43,944 nt of DNA from Candidatus Pacearchaeota archaeon (GCA_038891175.1 JAWAET010000001.1:1-43944), one strand, 5' to 3'. Shown: positions 10,185-20,066, counted from the first letter of the stretch. A program made the numbers and translations. The notes: a model not told the origin generated them from the sequence alone.

Positions 10185-11387
10185 ATGGTAAAAAGCTATC
10201 TAGAAATCTCGCTAAAGAGTTTAAAACATAGAGGAATAAGATCTTGGTTAACACTGCTAGGAGTGGTAATAGGAGTGTCTCTTGTTGTAAGCTTAATTTT
10301 AATAGGAGATGGATTACGTCTTGCAGTAGAAAACCAATTTGGAGGAGTATCAAAAGAAATAATTTCTGTGAGAGCGAAGGGAGTAGATTATGGTATTCCA
10401 GGTAGCGGCTCTACAAAACCTCTAACTGAAAAAGAACTGGAAGAAGTAAAAAAAATTCAAGGTGTAAAAAGTGTTTTAAGGAGAAATATAGAACAAGGAG
10501 TTTTAGAATATAAAGACAAAAAAAGTTTTGTTTTCGTTACAAATGTCCCTTTGAAAGAAAAAAAATTTTTTTATGAAGCCTTAGATTTAAAAGTGATAAG
10601 CGGTCGACTTTTAGATGAAGGTGATTCGAAAAAGATAATTGTAGGCTATAATTTTTATAAGGAAAGCGACGGAGAAATTTCTCCAGGAAAAAAATTAAAA
10701 ATAAACAACGAAAATTTTGAAGTGGTCGGTGTTGCAAAAAAGAAAGGAAGTTTTATTTTTGATAATATTATTTTTATGCCTGAAGAAGATATGAAAAGAA
10801 TTTTTGATTATGGAGAAAAAATAAATTTTATAGGAGTCCAAGCAGATTCTAAAGATAAAATAGGAATAGTAAAAGAAAGAATAGAAGAAAGACTAAGAAA
10901 GATACGAAATGTTAAGGAAGGGCAAGAAGATTTTATAGTAACGACGCCGCAAGCTATGTTAAATCAGATAAACGAAATATTAAAAGGGATTCAAATATTC
11001 ATAATTATCATTGCATCTATTTCCATTATTGTTGGAATTATAGGCATTTTAAACACAATGAATACCTCTGTTTTAGAAAGAAAAAAAGATATAGGGATAA
11101 TGAAAGCAATAGGAGCAAAAAACAGTCAAATTTTTTTACAGTTTTTTTTAGAGTCTGGATTAATCGGTCTAATAGGAGGGATAGTAGGAATAATTTTTGG
11201 TATTTCTATAGGGTATATTTCATTTTTCTTTCTTGAGAATTTTACAGGTGTAGAAACAAGTATAAGGATAGATTATGGATTAATGATGATTATTTTATTA
11301 TCTAGTTTTTTTATAGGAAGTTTAGGAGGGGTTTATCCTGCACTTAAAGCTGCAAAACAAAATCCTGTGGAGGCAATTAGAGGATGA
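10185..11387 (+). CDS. ABC transporter permease, MacB/FtsX family
   Basis: N-terminal TM, a periplasmic-type domain, and an FtsX TM bundle with KDIGIMKAIGA. It overlaps the next permease by 4 nt. Confidence 0.85.
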   Translation: MVKSYLEISLKSLKHRGIRSWLTLLGVVIGVSLVVSLILIGDGLRLAVENQFGGVSKEIISVRAKGVDYGIPGSGSTKPLTEKELEEVKKIQGVKSVLRRNIEQGVLEYKDKKSFVFVTNVPLKEKKFFYEALDLKVISGRLLDEGDSKKIIVGYNFYKESDGEISPGKKLKINNENFEVVGVAKKKGSFIFDNIIFMPEEDMKRIFDYGEKINFIGVQADSKDKIGIVKERIEERLRKIRNVKEGQEDFIVTTPQAMLNQINEILKGIQIFIIIIASISIIVGIIGILNTMNTSVLERKKDIGIMKAIGAKNSQIFLQFFLESGLIGLIGGIVGIIFGISIGYISFFFLENFTGVETSIRIDYGLMMIILLSSFFIGSLGGVYPALKAAKQNPVEAIRG

Positions 11388-12592
11388 AAAGAGAGATAAT
11401 AAATTATGTTTTTAGAAATCTAAAAAGAAGAAAGGGGAGAACATTTTTAACAGCGCTTTCTATATTTATAGGAATAACTACTATTTTTATCTTCGTAAGT
11501 TTTGGAGGAGGACTATATTTCTACGTGAAGGAATTAAGTAGTAGCTCTTCAATAGACAAAGTAGTGATACAACCAAAAGGTGCAGGATTTCTTCCTAATT
11601 TAAATTCAAACTTTAAGCTTACAGAAAAAGAAATAAGAATAATAGAAAAAATTCCGGGAGTTATAAAAGTTAGTGGGATAGTTTTCGCACCTGTAGAGGT
11701 ATCTTTAGATAAAGAAAAGAGTTACACCTATCTTATAGCTTACAATCCTTCTGAACCTCTGATATTAGAAGTTTTTAACATAAAGATAGAAAGAGGTAGA
11801 GAACTTAAGAAAGAAGATAAAAACAAAATAGTAATGGGATATAATTATCTTCTTGAAAAAAAAATATTTACAAAAAAATTAGATGTAAACCAAAAAATAA
11901 AAATACAAAATAAGGAGTTTACCATTATAGGATTTTTTGAATCTGTAGGTAGTCCTCAAGATGATGCTCAGGTATACATTAATATAGAAGATATAAAAGA
12001 GATTTTTCCTGAAAAAAAGGAAAAATACGATTGGGTTGTAGCAAAAGTAGACCTTAATCAAATAGATGAAACAGTAAAAAAAATAGAAGAAGAATTAAGA
12101 AAAGAGAGAAAAGAGAAAAAAGGAGAAGAAAGCTTCTCTGTACAAACATTTGAAGACCTTATTGCTTCTTATTCTTCAGCTCTAAATATAATTATTCTTT
12201 TCGTAATAGCGATTGCACTCGTCTCTGTTTTGGTATCTGCAGTAAATACTTCAAATACAATGATTACTTCAGTATTAGAGAGATATAAAGAAATAGGGAT
12301 AATGAAATCAATCGGTGCAAAGAACTCTGATATTCTTTCTATATTTTTAATAGAGTCTTCTTTAATAGGTTTTTTTGGAGGAGTTGTAGGAGTTTTTTTA
12401 GGATATATTTTAAGCAGTATCGGTGGAAATATCCTCTTCTCTTTGGGGTATGGTTTTTTAAAACCTTTCTATCATCCTTTTCTCTTTATTGGATGTATTT
12501 TATTTGCAATTATTACTGGTGCAATTTCAGGGATGGTTCCTGCTATAAAAGCATCTAAAATAAATCCTGTAGACTCTTTAAGATACGAATAA
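11384..12592 (+). CDS. ABC transporter permease, MacB/FtsX family (second subunit)
   Basis: Same architecture, with the KEIGIMKSIGA motif and a C-terminal INPVDSLRYE like 1626..2867 (NPIEALRYE). Confidence 0.85.
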   Translation: MKREIINYVFRNLKRRKGRTFLTALSIFIGITTIFIFVSFGGGLYFYVKELSSSSSIDKVVIQPKGAGFLPNLNSNFKLTEKEIRIIEKIPGVIKVSGIVFAPVEVSLDKEKSYTYLIAYNPSEPLILEVFNIKIERGRELKKEDKNKIVMGYNYLLEKKIFTKKLDVNQKIKIQNKEFTIIGFFESVGSPQDDAQVYINIEDIKEIFPEKKEKYDWVVAKVDLNQIDETVKKIEEELRKERKEKKGEESFSVQTFEDLIASYSSALNIIILFVIAIALVSVLVSAVNTSNTMITSVLERYKEIGIMKSIGAKNSDILSIFLIESSLIGFFGGVVGVFLGYILSSIGGNILFSLGYGFLKPFYHPFLFIGCILFAIITGAISGMVPAIKASKINPVDSLRYE

Positions 12593-12698
12593 TAAAATTC
12601 TATAATTAATCTAAAAAGCAAGTTTCTTCTTTAAATTAAAATTATTTAGAAAGATTAAAGAGGAGTAAGAAGGACACAAATCTTTTAACCTTAAAAAG

Positions 12699-13532
12699 TT
12701 AATTTAAATGTCTATTTTTTCTTTTTCTAAAAGAAAAAAAGATTATCCCGAGAAGAAGGATTAATCCTATTACATAAAAAGGAAAGTTAGAATTTTTATT
12801 ATTTTTTGTATGAACAAAATATTTTGAACTAAAGTTAACTTCTTTTTCTAAAACTCTTCTTTTATTTATTTTATCTAGATACGAAAGAATAACTTTAATT
12901 TTTCCATCTTGTGGAATTGCTTGAAACTCTGTAGAAGTGTAATCTTTAGAATCCAAATCGCCGACTACATTTTTGTTAGAACCGAATATTTCTATGTTAT
13001 CTTGCTGAGGTATTTCAAAAGTTAAAGAATATACATCGGCTTTTCCTAAGTTTATAATTTCGAAAACAAGTCTTTTTGTAGAATAGTCATAAGAACGAAC
13101 GAAAATATCAAAATCATTTTCTATCTCTTCTATTGTTAAATTAAACTTCTTAGAAATTTTTAATTGATCTCTTCCTTTTGTTGTGTATAAAACTTCTATT
13201 TCAGCATCTCCTCTTATTGCATCTTTATCTATTCTAACCTTATAAGGAACAAGCCAGTTAGATTTAAAATCTCTAGTAAAAGTTCCGCTTTTTAATACTT
13301 TTTTTGCTTCAAAGCCAGGATCAAAAACAAGAGGATAATTTTTCAATAATTCTAAAGAGATTTCTCCACACTCATTATTTTCTATCCCTGAAACGCTAAA
13401 GAGTATCTTAACATACTCTCCTGGAACAGCAGGATAAGGGTCTTGGTTTATTAAAGAAACATTCAAATCACATTTGGCATAAGCAAAGCTAGTAAAAAAC
13501 AAAAAAAAGAATGAAAAAAATATTTTCTTCAT
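12699..13532 (-). CDS. Secreted, C-terminally anchored surface protein, paralog of 2864..3781
   Basis: Signal peptide, the block CDLNVSLINQDPYPAVPGEYVKILF, and a C-terminal TM (FPFYVIGLILLLGIIFF) with a basic tail. It is convergent with the ABC operon. Confidence 0.65.
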   Translation of the reverse strand: MKKIFFSFFFLFFTSFAYAKCDLNVSLINQDPYPAVPGEYVKILFSVSGIENNECGEISLELLKNYPLVFDPGFEAKKVLKSGTFTRDFKSNWLVPYKVRIDKDAIRGDAEIEVLYTTKGRDQLKISKKFNLTIEEIENDFDIFVRSYDYSTKRLVFEIINLGKADVYSLTFEIPQQDNIEIFGSNKNVVGDLDSKDYTSTEFQAIPQDGKIKVILSYLDKINKRRVLEKEVNFSSKYFVHTKNNKNSNFPFYVIGLILLLGIIFFSFRKRKNRHLN

Positions 13533-13587
13533 AAAAAAGAATAAAGAAGAGCATTTATAAATCTTTTTAGATAAAGAGAGAATGAAA

Positions 13588-13703
<116 letters not shown>

Positions 13704-13907
13704 AGATATTTCAAAAATAGAGTTTTTAAATCTTATGAATTTTCATTTAAAAGAAAATAATTAACTAACTTATTTAATTTAAATAGAATAACAAAAAAAT
13801 CTGAAAAGAAGTAAAAGTAATTTCTCTATTAAAAAAGATTAAAGAGAGAATGTAAAATTATTGAAGAAAAACCAAATCTTTAAAAATGTACTTTTGTTTC
13901 AGAAAAA

Positions 13908-14111
13908 ATGGCAAAAAAATGTATTTATTGCTCAAAAGAAATAAACGAAGATAGGGTAGTAGATATTTGTGATTTGTGTATGTATAAAGTTTGGGGCCCT
14001 AAGATGTCTCAAGCAATTTTAAAAAGTATGGAAGAAGAAAAAAAGAAAGGAAATTTAGAATTGGGCAGAGTAAGCGAAGAAATAAACAAAAAAGAAAATA
14101 TTTCTCTTTAA
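13908..14111 (+). CDS. Small zinc-ribbon protein (hypothetical)
   Basis: Two CxxC pairs (CIYC, CDLC) and a TATA-like tttaaaaat upstream. I recognise no family. Confidence 0.4.
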   Translation: MAKKCIYCSKEINEDRVVDICDLCMYKVWGPKMSQAILKSMEEEKKKGNLELGRVSEEINKKENISL

Positions 14112-14146
14112 AAACATTTTTAAATGCAAAATAGTTTAAAATTAAA

Positions 14147-14404
14147 ATGGCTAAGAAAAGAAAAAAGAACGTGAGAGAGAAAGGGAAGATAAGACTTAGT
14201 GAATACTTTAAAGAAATAAAAGTTGGTGATAGAACAAATGTTGTAGAAGAAAAATCGATTCGAAGAAGTTTTCCAGACAGAATAATTGGTAAACAAGGAG
14301 AGGTTATAGGAGAAAGAGGAGAGTATAAGATAGTTCAAATAAAAGATGGAAAAAAATTAAAGAAGTTCATAATTCATCCTATTAACCTAAGAATAGCAAA
14401 ATGA
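14147..14404 (+). CDS. rpl21e: 50S ribosomal protein L21e (eL21)
   Basis: The L21e-like SH3 core is VGDRTNVVEEKSIRRSFPDRIIGKQGEVIGERGEYKIV. It is followed by rpoF and DUF655, as in the conserved archaeal order. Confidence 0.8.
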   Translation: MAKKRKKNVREKGKIRLSEYFKEIKVGDRTNVVEEKSIRRSFPDRIIGKQGEVIGERGEYKIVQIKDGKKLKKFIIHPINLRIAK

Positions 14405-14697
14405 TAAAAGAACAAATACCAATAACAATGAGAGAAGCAGCAGAATTATCTAGCCAAGGAGAGAAAGCAGAGAAATTAAAAAAGTTCGTAAAAGAGTTTA
14501 AAAAACAAGATGGAAAAAAAGAAAAGGAAGTAAAAGAAAAACTCTTTGCATTAAATCTAACAAAATTAGATAAAGAAGATATAATAAGTTTAGTGGAGTT
14601 TATGCCTCAAACTGCTCAAGAAGTATTAAAGATTCTCCCTCATATCTCTTTAGACCAAGAAGAAATAAATAAAATTTTAGAGATAACAAAAGAGTAA
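14401..14697 (+). CDS. rpoF: DNA-directed RNA polymerase subunit F (Rpo4/RpoF)
   Basis: About 98 aa, helical and acidic/basic (…LTKLDKEDIISLVEFMPQTAQEVLKIL…). The call rests mainly on its position between rpl21e and the DUF655 gene. Confidence 0.55.
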   Translation: MIKEQIPITMREAAELSSQGEKAEKLKKFVKEFKKQDGKKEKEVKEKLFALNLTKLDKEDIISLVEFMPQTAQEVLKILPHISLDQEEINKILEITKE

Positions 14698-14698
14698 G

Positions 14699-15238
14699 AT
14701 GAACGAGAAAGAAGAATACGCAATTGTTTTAGACTTTCTACCTTATGGGTATCCTCTAGAAAAGAATATGCAACCAGTAGTTCAAGCAGTAGGTAAAAAT
14801 AGTTTAATACTTCTTCATTTAGTCCCTAGAAAAGGAGTTTCTTTTGAAGCTAAAGAAGAAGTGTACATTGGAGAAGGAAAAAGAGACAAAATTCTCTTTA
14901 TAAAAGGAAGATTGCATAGAGAGAAATTAAGCGAGAATGCTAAAGAAGTATTAAAAGAAGTAATAGAAAAATACGTAAAAGAAAACGAAAAAAAGATAAT
15001 AGAATTTATAAATAAAGCAGAAGCAATAAATAAAAGATTACATCAGTTAGAACTATTACCAGGGCTTGGAAATAAACATTGCCAAACAATTCTCGAAGAA
15101 AGAGAAAAAAAACCTTTTGAATCCTTCGAAGAAATAAAAAAAAGATTACCGGGCATACCTGACATAGAAAAGTGTGTAGAAAAAAGAATATTTGAAGAAT
15201 TAACTGAAATGCAGAGGTATAATATATTTGTAAAATGA
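14699..15238 (+). CDS. DUF655/COG1491 putative RNA-binding protein (OB plus HhH)
   Basis: VLDFLPYGYP...VVQAVGKN..ILLHLVP...VYIGEG.RDKI and a C-terminal HQLELLPGLGNKHCQTILEEREKKPFESFEEI, which is typical of the family. Confidence 0.75.
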   Translation: MNEKEEYAIVLDFLPYGYPLEKNMQPVVQAVGKNSLILLHLVPRKGVSFEAKEEVYIGEGKRDKILFIKGRLHREKLSENAKEVLKEVIEKYVKENEKKIIEFINKAEAINKRLHQLELLPGLGNKHCQTILEEREKKPFESFEEIKKRLPGIPDIEKCVEKRIFEELTEMQRYNIFVK

Positions 15239-15708
15239 ACGAAGAAAAAAAAAGAACAATAGTGAGAATAGCGGAAAAAGATATCAGAGGAGATGAAACT
15301 ATATTTAAAGGTTTAACTGAGATAAAAGGAATCTCTTGGATGGTTTCGAATGCTATTTGCAGAAAATTGAATATAGACAGAAATAAAAAAGCCCAAGATT
15401 TAAGTGAAGAAGAAATAAGAAGAATAGAAGAATTTTTATCAAATAATCAAATGAGTATACCTTCTTTCTTGAAAAATAGAAAAAAAGATAGAGAAGAAGG
15501 TACAGATAAACACTTAATAGGAAGCTCTTTAGATCTTCAAAATGAATTTGATATAAAAAGAATGAAGAAAATAAAGTGCTACAAAGGAATCAGGCATACA
15601 CTAGGTCAACCAGTAAGAGGACAAAGAACTAAATCACACTTTAGAAAAAATAAAAGTAAAAGCAAAGGAGGAGTAAAGAAAAAGAAGAAAGAAGAGAGTA
15701 AAGAATAA
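15235..15708 (+). CDS. rps13: 30S ribosomal protein S13 (uS13)
   Basis: RIAEKDIRGDETIFKGLTEIKGI...YKGIRHTLGQPVRGQRTKS. Confidence 0.9.
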   Translation: MNEEKKRTIVRIAEKDIRGDETIFKGLTEIKGISWMVSNAICRKLNIDRNKKAQDLSEEEIRRIEEFLSNNQMSIPSFLKNRKKDREEGTDKHLIGSSLDLQNEFDIKRMKKIKCYKGIRHTLGQPVRGQRTKSHFRKNKSKSKGGVKKKKKEESKE

Positions 15709-15709
15709 A

Positions 15710-16162
15710 ATGGGGGGAATAAAAAGAGAACAAAATAGATATAGAAGACCAAGAAAAATTTATGATAAAAAAAGAATAGAAGAAGAAAAAAAATTAAGAG
15801 AAAAATACGGTCTAAAAAATAATAAAGAAATTTGGAAAGCAGAATATCAAATAAGAAAAATAAGAAGATTAGCAAAAAAAATGATTACTCAACCTATAGA
15901 AAAACAAAAAGAGTTCATTGAGAGTATTAGAAAAAAAGGCTTCGACGTAAAAAGTATAGGAGATATATTAGGACTAAATAAGGAAGAATATTTAAAAAGA
16001 AGATTACAAACTTTTGTTTATAAAAGAGGATTGGCTAAAACAATAAAAGAAGCAAGACAACTAGTAACCCATAAAAAAATAAAAGTTGGTGATAGAATAG
16101 TTAATGTACCTTCATATTTCATAAATAAAGACGAAGAAAATAAAATAGAGAGGGTAGCATAA
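15710..16162 (+). CDS. rps4: 30S ribosomal protein S4 (uS4)
   Basis: RRPRKIYDKKRIEEEKKLREKYGLKNNKEIWK... and an S4 RNA-binding domain (RRLQTFVYKRGLAKTIKEARQLVTHKKIKV). Confidence 0.9.
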   Translation: MGGIKREQNRYRRPRKIYDKKRIEEEKKLREKYGLKNNKEIWKAEYQIRKIRRLAKKMITQPIEKQKEFIESIRKKGFDVKSIGDILGLNKEEYLKRRLQTFVYKRGLAKTIKEARQLVTHKKIKVGDRIVNVPSYFINKDEENKIERVA

Positions 16163-16551
16163 TGACAAAAGAAAAAGAAGAGAGATCTGCCTTTGTAAGA
16201 ATTTACAGCTCACCTAATAACACTATCGTCCATGTAACTGACTTAGCAGGAAACACTCTTGCAAGAGTTAGTGGAGGAATGATAACAAAACATGATAGAT
16301 TAAAATCTGATCCGACAATTGCGATGTTTATTGCCAAAAGAATAAAAGAGATGATTAAAGACTTTGAAATAAAAAAGCTTTATGTGAGAATTAGAGGAAA
16401 AACAAACACTCCTGGACCAGGTCCTGCAGCTAATGCTGTAATAAAAACTCTTTCAAAAGAAGGATTTAAAATAGTATCTATTGTAGATGTAACTAGAATT
16501 CCTAGAGGAGGTCCAAAGAAAAAAGGAGGAAGAAGAGGAAGAAGAGTATAA
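16162..16551 (+). CDS. rps11: 30S ribosomal protein S11 (uS11)
   Basis: RIYSSPNNTIVHVTDLAGNTLARVSGGM...VRIRG...GPGPAANAVIKTL...IVDVTRIPRGG. Confidence 0.9.
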   Translation: MTKEKEERSAFVRIYSSPNNTIVHVTDLAGNTLARVSGGMITKHDRLKSDPTIAMFIAKRIKEMIKDFEIKKLYVRIRGKTNTPGPGPAANAVIKTLSKEGFKIVSIVDVTRIPRGGPKKKGGRRGRRV

Positions 16552-16581
16552 ACTTTTAAATAAAGAAATAAAAATAAAAAA

Positions 16582-17292
16582 ATGGAAAAAGTGTTTAAAA
16601 ATGAAGGAAAAGAAGTAATAGTTACAGAGATTAATACTTCTTTAGCTAATGCTTTAAGAAGAAGTGTTAATGAAATAAAGACTCTCGCTATAAAAGAAGT
16701 AGAGTTTTTTAAAAATGATTCTGCACTTCACGACGAATTATTGGCACATAGAATAGGTCTAATTCCTCTAAAAAATGAAAAATTAAAAGAAGGAGAAGTA
16801 ATAGAGTTAAAATTATCTCATAAAGCTAAAGAAAATGGAGAAACTGTTTTTTCTGAAGAGTTGGGGGAATTAGTTGCTATAAAAGGGATTCCGATAATAA
16901 AATTAAATAAAGGACAAGAAGTAGAATTAATTGCCTACGCATCTAAAGGAATTGGCAGAGAACACGCAAGACACATTCCTGGTTTAGTTTATTATTATCA
17001 TTACAATAAAATAAGTCTTAACGGAAATGCTAAAAAGCATTTAGAGTTAGCAGATAGATTTCCAAAAGTTTTCGAGATTAAAAATAACGAGGTAATTGTT
17101 AAAAATGAATGGGCTTGCAATTTCGATCAAGAGGATGTCGAAGTAGAAGGAGTAGAAATTACTCCTACGGAAAAAATAGTTTTTATAGTTGAGAGTTTTG
17201 GAATGATGAGCCCTAGTGAAATAATAAAAGAAAGTGTAAATGTATTAAATGACAATTTGGAAGAGTTAAAGAAAAAATTAATGAAAGAATAA
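16582..17292 (+). CDS. rpoD: DNA-directed RNA polymerase subunit D (Rpo3/RpoD)
   Basis: SLANALRRSVNEIKTLAIKEVEFFKNDSALHDELLAHRIGLIPLK. The position after rps11 is conserved. No Fe-S cysteine cluster is seen. Confidence 0.85.
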   Translation: MEKVFKNEGKEVIVTEINTSLANALRRSVNEIKTLAIKEVEFFKNDSALHDELLAHRIGLIPLKNEKLKEGEVIELKLSHKAKENGETVFSEELGELVAIKGIPIIKLNKGQEVELIAYASKGIGREHARHIPGLVYYYHYNKISLNGNAKKHLELADRFPKVFEIKNNEVIVKNEWACNFDQEDVEVEGVEITPTEKIVFIVESFGMMSPSEIIKESVNVLNDNLEELKKKLMKE

Positions 17293-17498
17293 TAAATAAA
17301 TCGTCGGAAAAAAGAAATACTTCTCAATAAGATAAAAAGACAATTTCAAAAAATTCGAGGAATCTTTTCTTTCTTTTAAAACTTCTAGAAACTTTAAGTA
17401 AAATAGCAAATAAAAAGAGTATAAATTTAATTAAAAAGAAGAGTTTATCAAAGAATAACAAAATCTTTTTAATACGAAAAGTTCTAAAAAGTATGTAA

Positions 17499-17581
17499 GC
17501 GGGGATGCCGGAGTGGTCAAACGGGTCGCGCTAAGGACGCGATGGCTTTTGCCTGCAGGGGTTCGAATCCTCTTCCCCGCA
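17499..17581 (+). tRNA. tRNA-Leu, type II. The anticodon loop reads CTAAGGA, so the apparent anticodon is AAG.
   Basis: Acceptor GCGGGGA/TCCCCGC, anticodon arm TCGCG-CTAAGGA-CGCGA, long variable arm GGC-TTTT-GCC, T loop TTCGAAT. The D arm is identical to that of the tRNA-Leu at 19732. Confidence 0.75.
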
Positions 17582-17594
17582 CTAAAAATTCTCT

Positions 17595-18596
17595 ATGAAG
17601 TTTAATGAATTAAAAGGAATAACAAAGATTTTAAAAGTTAAAAGATTTAATAGAGATATGGAAAAAGAAATTATTCTAAAAGAATTTGTTAAAAGAGGTT
17701 ACTCTCTCGAGGATAATTGCTGTGTTTGGGATGTATCTGATTCAAAGTTATGGTATATCTCAGAAGAACAAGCAAAACTTTTTATTAAAATAGAAAAAAT
17801 AGATGAGAAACAGAGAAAATTTAAAGAAGAAGAAATAAAGTTGATAAGAAAGAATTTTAAAGAGATTCTAAAATTTATTAAAAATAAAAAAATAAATGTT
17901 ATAGATTTAGGCTGCGGCGACGGAAAAAAAGCTTTTGAACTTCTCTCGCTTATAAAAAAGGATTGTGAAATAAGATATTTTCCAATAGATATAAATAAGT
18001 ATATGCTCCAAGAAGCTAAAAAGAATCTTGAAAAAATAAAAGAAGTTCATTTTATGAAAGAAAAAGAAAATTTGATGAACTTCTTCGAAATAAGGAAGAT
18101 TTCGAATAAAATCAGAGACTCAAATTTTAGAACTCATTTATTTTTGTTATTGGGAGGGACCCTAGAAAATTGTGATGTGCATGAACTTCTTTATGAAATA
18201 AGATCTTCTATGAAAGAAGAAGATTTACTTCTAATAGGAAATAAATTAGCACATCCTTCGAAGAAAAAAATGATAGATTATTATTTAAATAACGATTCGA
18301 TAAAGAATCTCTTAATAAAAACCTTAGAAATAATAGGGTTTAAGAAAAAAGATTTAGATTACAAAGTAAGGTTTAGAAAAGAAAGGATAGAGATGTTTTT
18401 CGAAGTAAAAAAAGATTATTCATTTTATACAAATAAAAAGAAGCTTGAATTTAAAAAAGGAGACAAAATAATAATAGCAGTCTCTTATAAATATAATGAA
18501 GACAGATTCAGAGAGATTCTCAGTACTTATTTTGATAATGTAGAATTATTTCTCTCTCCAAAAAAGGATTTTGTTTTAGCTTTATGTATGAAATAA
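17595..18596 (+). CDS. Class I SAM-dependent methyltransferase (possibly EgtD/Methyltransf_33-like)
   Basis: SAM motif I VIDLGCGDGKKA and a later LLLGGTLEN block. The substrate is unknown. Confidence 0.55.
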   Translation: MKFNELKGITKILKVKRFNRDMEKEIILKEFVKRGYSLEDNCCVWDVSDSKLWYISEEQAKLFIKIEKIDEKQRKFKEEEIKLIRKNFKEILKFIKNKKINVIDLGCGDGKKAFELLSLIKKDCEIRYFPIDINKYMLQEAKKNLEKIKEVHFMKEKENLMNFFEIRKISNKIRDSNFRTHLFLLLGGTLENCDVHELLYEIRSSMKEEDLLLIGNKLAHPSKKKMIDYYLNNDSIKNLLIKTLEIIGFKKKDLDYKVRFRKERIEMFFEVKKDYSFYTNKKKLEFKKGDKIIIAVSYKYNEDRFREILSTYFDNVELFLSPKKDFVLALCMK

Positions 18597-18615
18597 AAAT
18601 AATTCTAAAAATAAA

Positions 18616-19560
18616 ATGAAAAAAATAGTAACGGTTGGGGGAGGAACTGGACAATATATGGTTTTGAAAGGATTAAAAAATTATGATGTTGATTTAACTG
18701 CTGTTGTAAATGTATGTGATGATGGGGGCTCTTCCGGTAAACTGAGAGTTGATTTTGGAGTTCTTCCTCCCGGAGATATAAGAAACTGTCTGGTTGCACT
18801 CTCGGATGATTCTTGCACTAAAGAATTAATAGAACTTTTCTCTTACAGATTTGATTCTGGAAAAAAAGGAAAGATGAACCACAATTTAGGGAATCTAATT
18901 TTAACTGCACTTATGAAAAAGTATGGAAACATCGCAGAAGCGACAAAAATTGCAGCGAAGATTCTAAATATAAAAGGAAAAGTTTATCCAGTAACTATAG
19001 ACAACACAACTCTTTTTGCTAAAACAAACGAAAATAGAGTGATACGTGGAGAGAATAAGATAACTTCTAGTTTAAAAAAAGAAGAAAGAATAATAAACCT
19101 CTGGATCTCACCAAAAGCATTCATATATAGAGAGGCAGCAGAAGAGATAAGAGAAGCAGATCTAATTGTGATCTCTGCTGGAGACTTATATGGGAGTGTT
19201 ATCCCAAATTTTCTAGTAGAAGGTTTTAAAGAAGCTATAAAAAAAAGAAAAGGAAAGATAGTTTATGTTTGTAATTTAGTAACTAAAAGAGGGACATATG
19301 GATTCAAAGCAAGTGATTTTGTAAGAGAAATTGAGAAATATCTCGAAGAAAGATTAGATTATATAATTTGTAATACGAAAAAGCCTACTAGAAAAGTAGT
19401 AGATAAATATTCTGAAGAAGAGAGTTTTTTCGTAGAGATAGATATAAATGAAAAAAGAGTAATAAAAAAAGATCTATTGATAGAGTTTATTATAGATAAT
19501 AAAATTACTGCACGACATGATAGCGAGAAACTTGCTAAAATATTAGTAGAATTGGTTTAA
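18616..19560 (+). CDS. CofD/YvcK family protein (UPF0052)
   Basis: VTVGGGTGQYMVLKGLK, VVNVCDDGGSSGKLR, LPPGDIRNCLVAL. Confidence 0.8.
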   Translation: MKKIVTVGGGTGQYMVLKGLKNYDVDLTAVVNVCDDGGSSGKLRVDFGVLPPGDIRNCLVALSDDSCTKELIELFSYRFDSGKKGKMNHNLGNLILTALMKKYGNIAEATKIAAKILNIKGKVYPVTIDNTTLFAKTNENRVIRGENKITSSLKKEERIINLWISPKAFIYREAAEEIREADLIVISAGDLYGSVIPNFLVEGFKEAIKKRKGKIVYVCNLVTKRGTYGFKASDFVREIEKYLEERLDYIICNTKKPTRKVVDKYSEEESFFVEIDINEKRVIKKDLLIEFIIDNKITARHDSEKLAKILVELV

Positions 19561-19631
19561 TGCGCGGGCCGGGATTCGAACCCGGGTCACAAGCTTGGAA
19601 GGCTAGTATTCTACCACTGAACTACCCACGC
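19561..19631 (-). tRNA. tRNA-Gly (anticodon UCC)
   Basis: The reverse complement is GCGTGGGTAGTTCAGTGGTAGAATACTAGCCTTCCAAGCTTGTGACCCGGGTTCGAATCCCGGCCCGCGCA, with anticodon loop CTTCCAA. It abuts the stop codon of the preceding CDS. Confidence 0.85.
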
Positions 19632-19731
19632 ATATACTTCTATTTATAAACACTATTTTAAAGTTTTACTATAAACAAAAAAATAGAAAATAAAGAAAAG
19701 TTTTTATAGAAAAGAAGATAAGAAAAAAGGA

Positions 19732-19815
19732 GAGGGGATGCCGGAGTGGTCAAACGGGACAGGCTTAGGACCTGTTGGATTAATTCCTGCGGGGGTTCGA
19801 ATCCTCCTCCCCTCA
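19732..19815 (+). tRNA. tRNA-Leu (anticodon UAG), type II
   Basis: Acceptor GAGGGGA/TCCCCTC, anticodon arm ACAGG-CTTAGGA-CCTGT, long variable arm, T loop TTCGAAT. Confidence 0.85.
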
Positions 19816-20066
19816 CTATAAAATTCTCGCTTTGCTTTAAAGAAATCTTAAAGAGAGATAAAATCAAAAACATTCTAAATGAAAAGTAATTTAAATAAAG
19901 AGTGTAAAATTGTATTAACTAAAAATAAAGAGTTGGTTAAGAATAGATAATCTCATTATATTTTTATAATTTTTTCGAAGAAAATTGTTCATTCGTTATA
20001 TTAATAGAATCAGTAAATCTTGTTAAATAAGTAAAATTTTTTAACAGAAAAGTTTTCTTTATTTGA

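Noticed and set aside
19658-19873. Listed 71-aa ORF on the - strand
   Set aside because: It runs antisense through tRNA-Leu(UAG) at 19732..19815 and shows no protein-like features.
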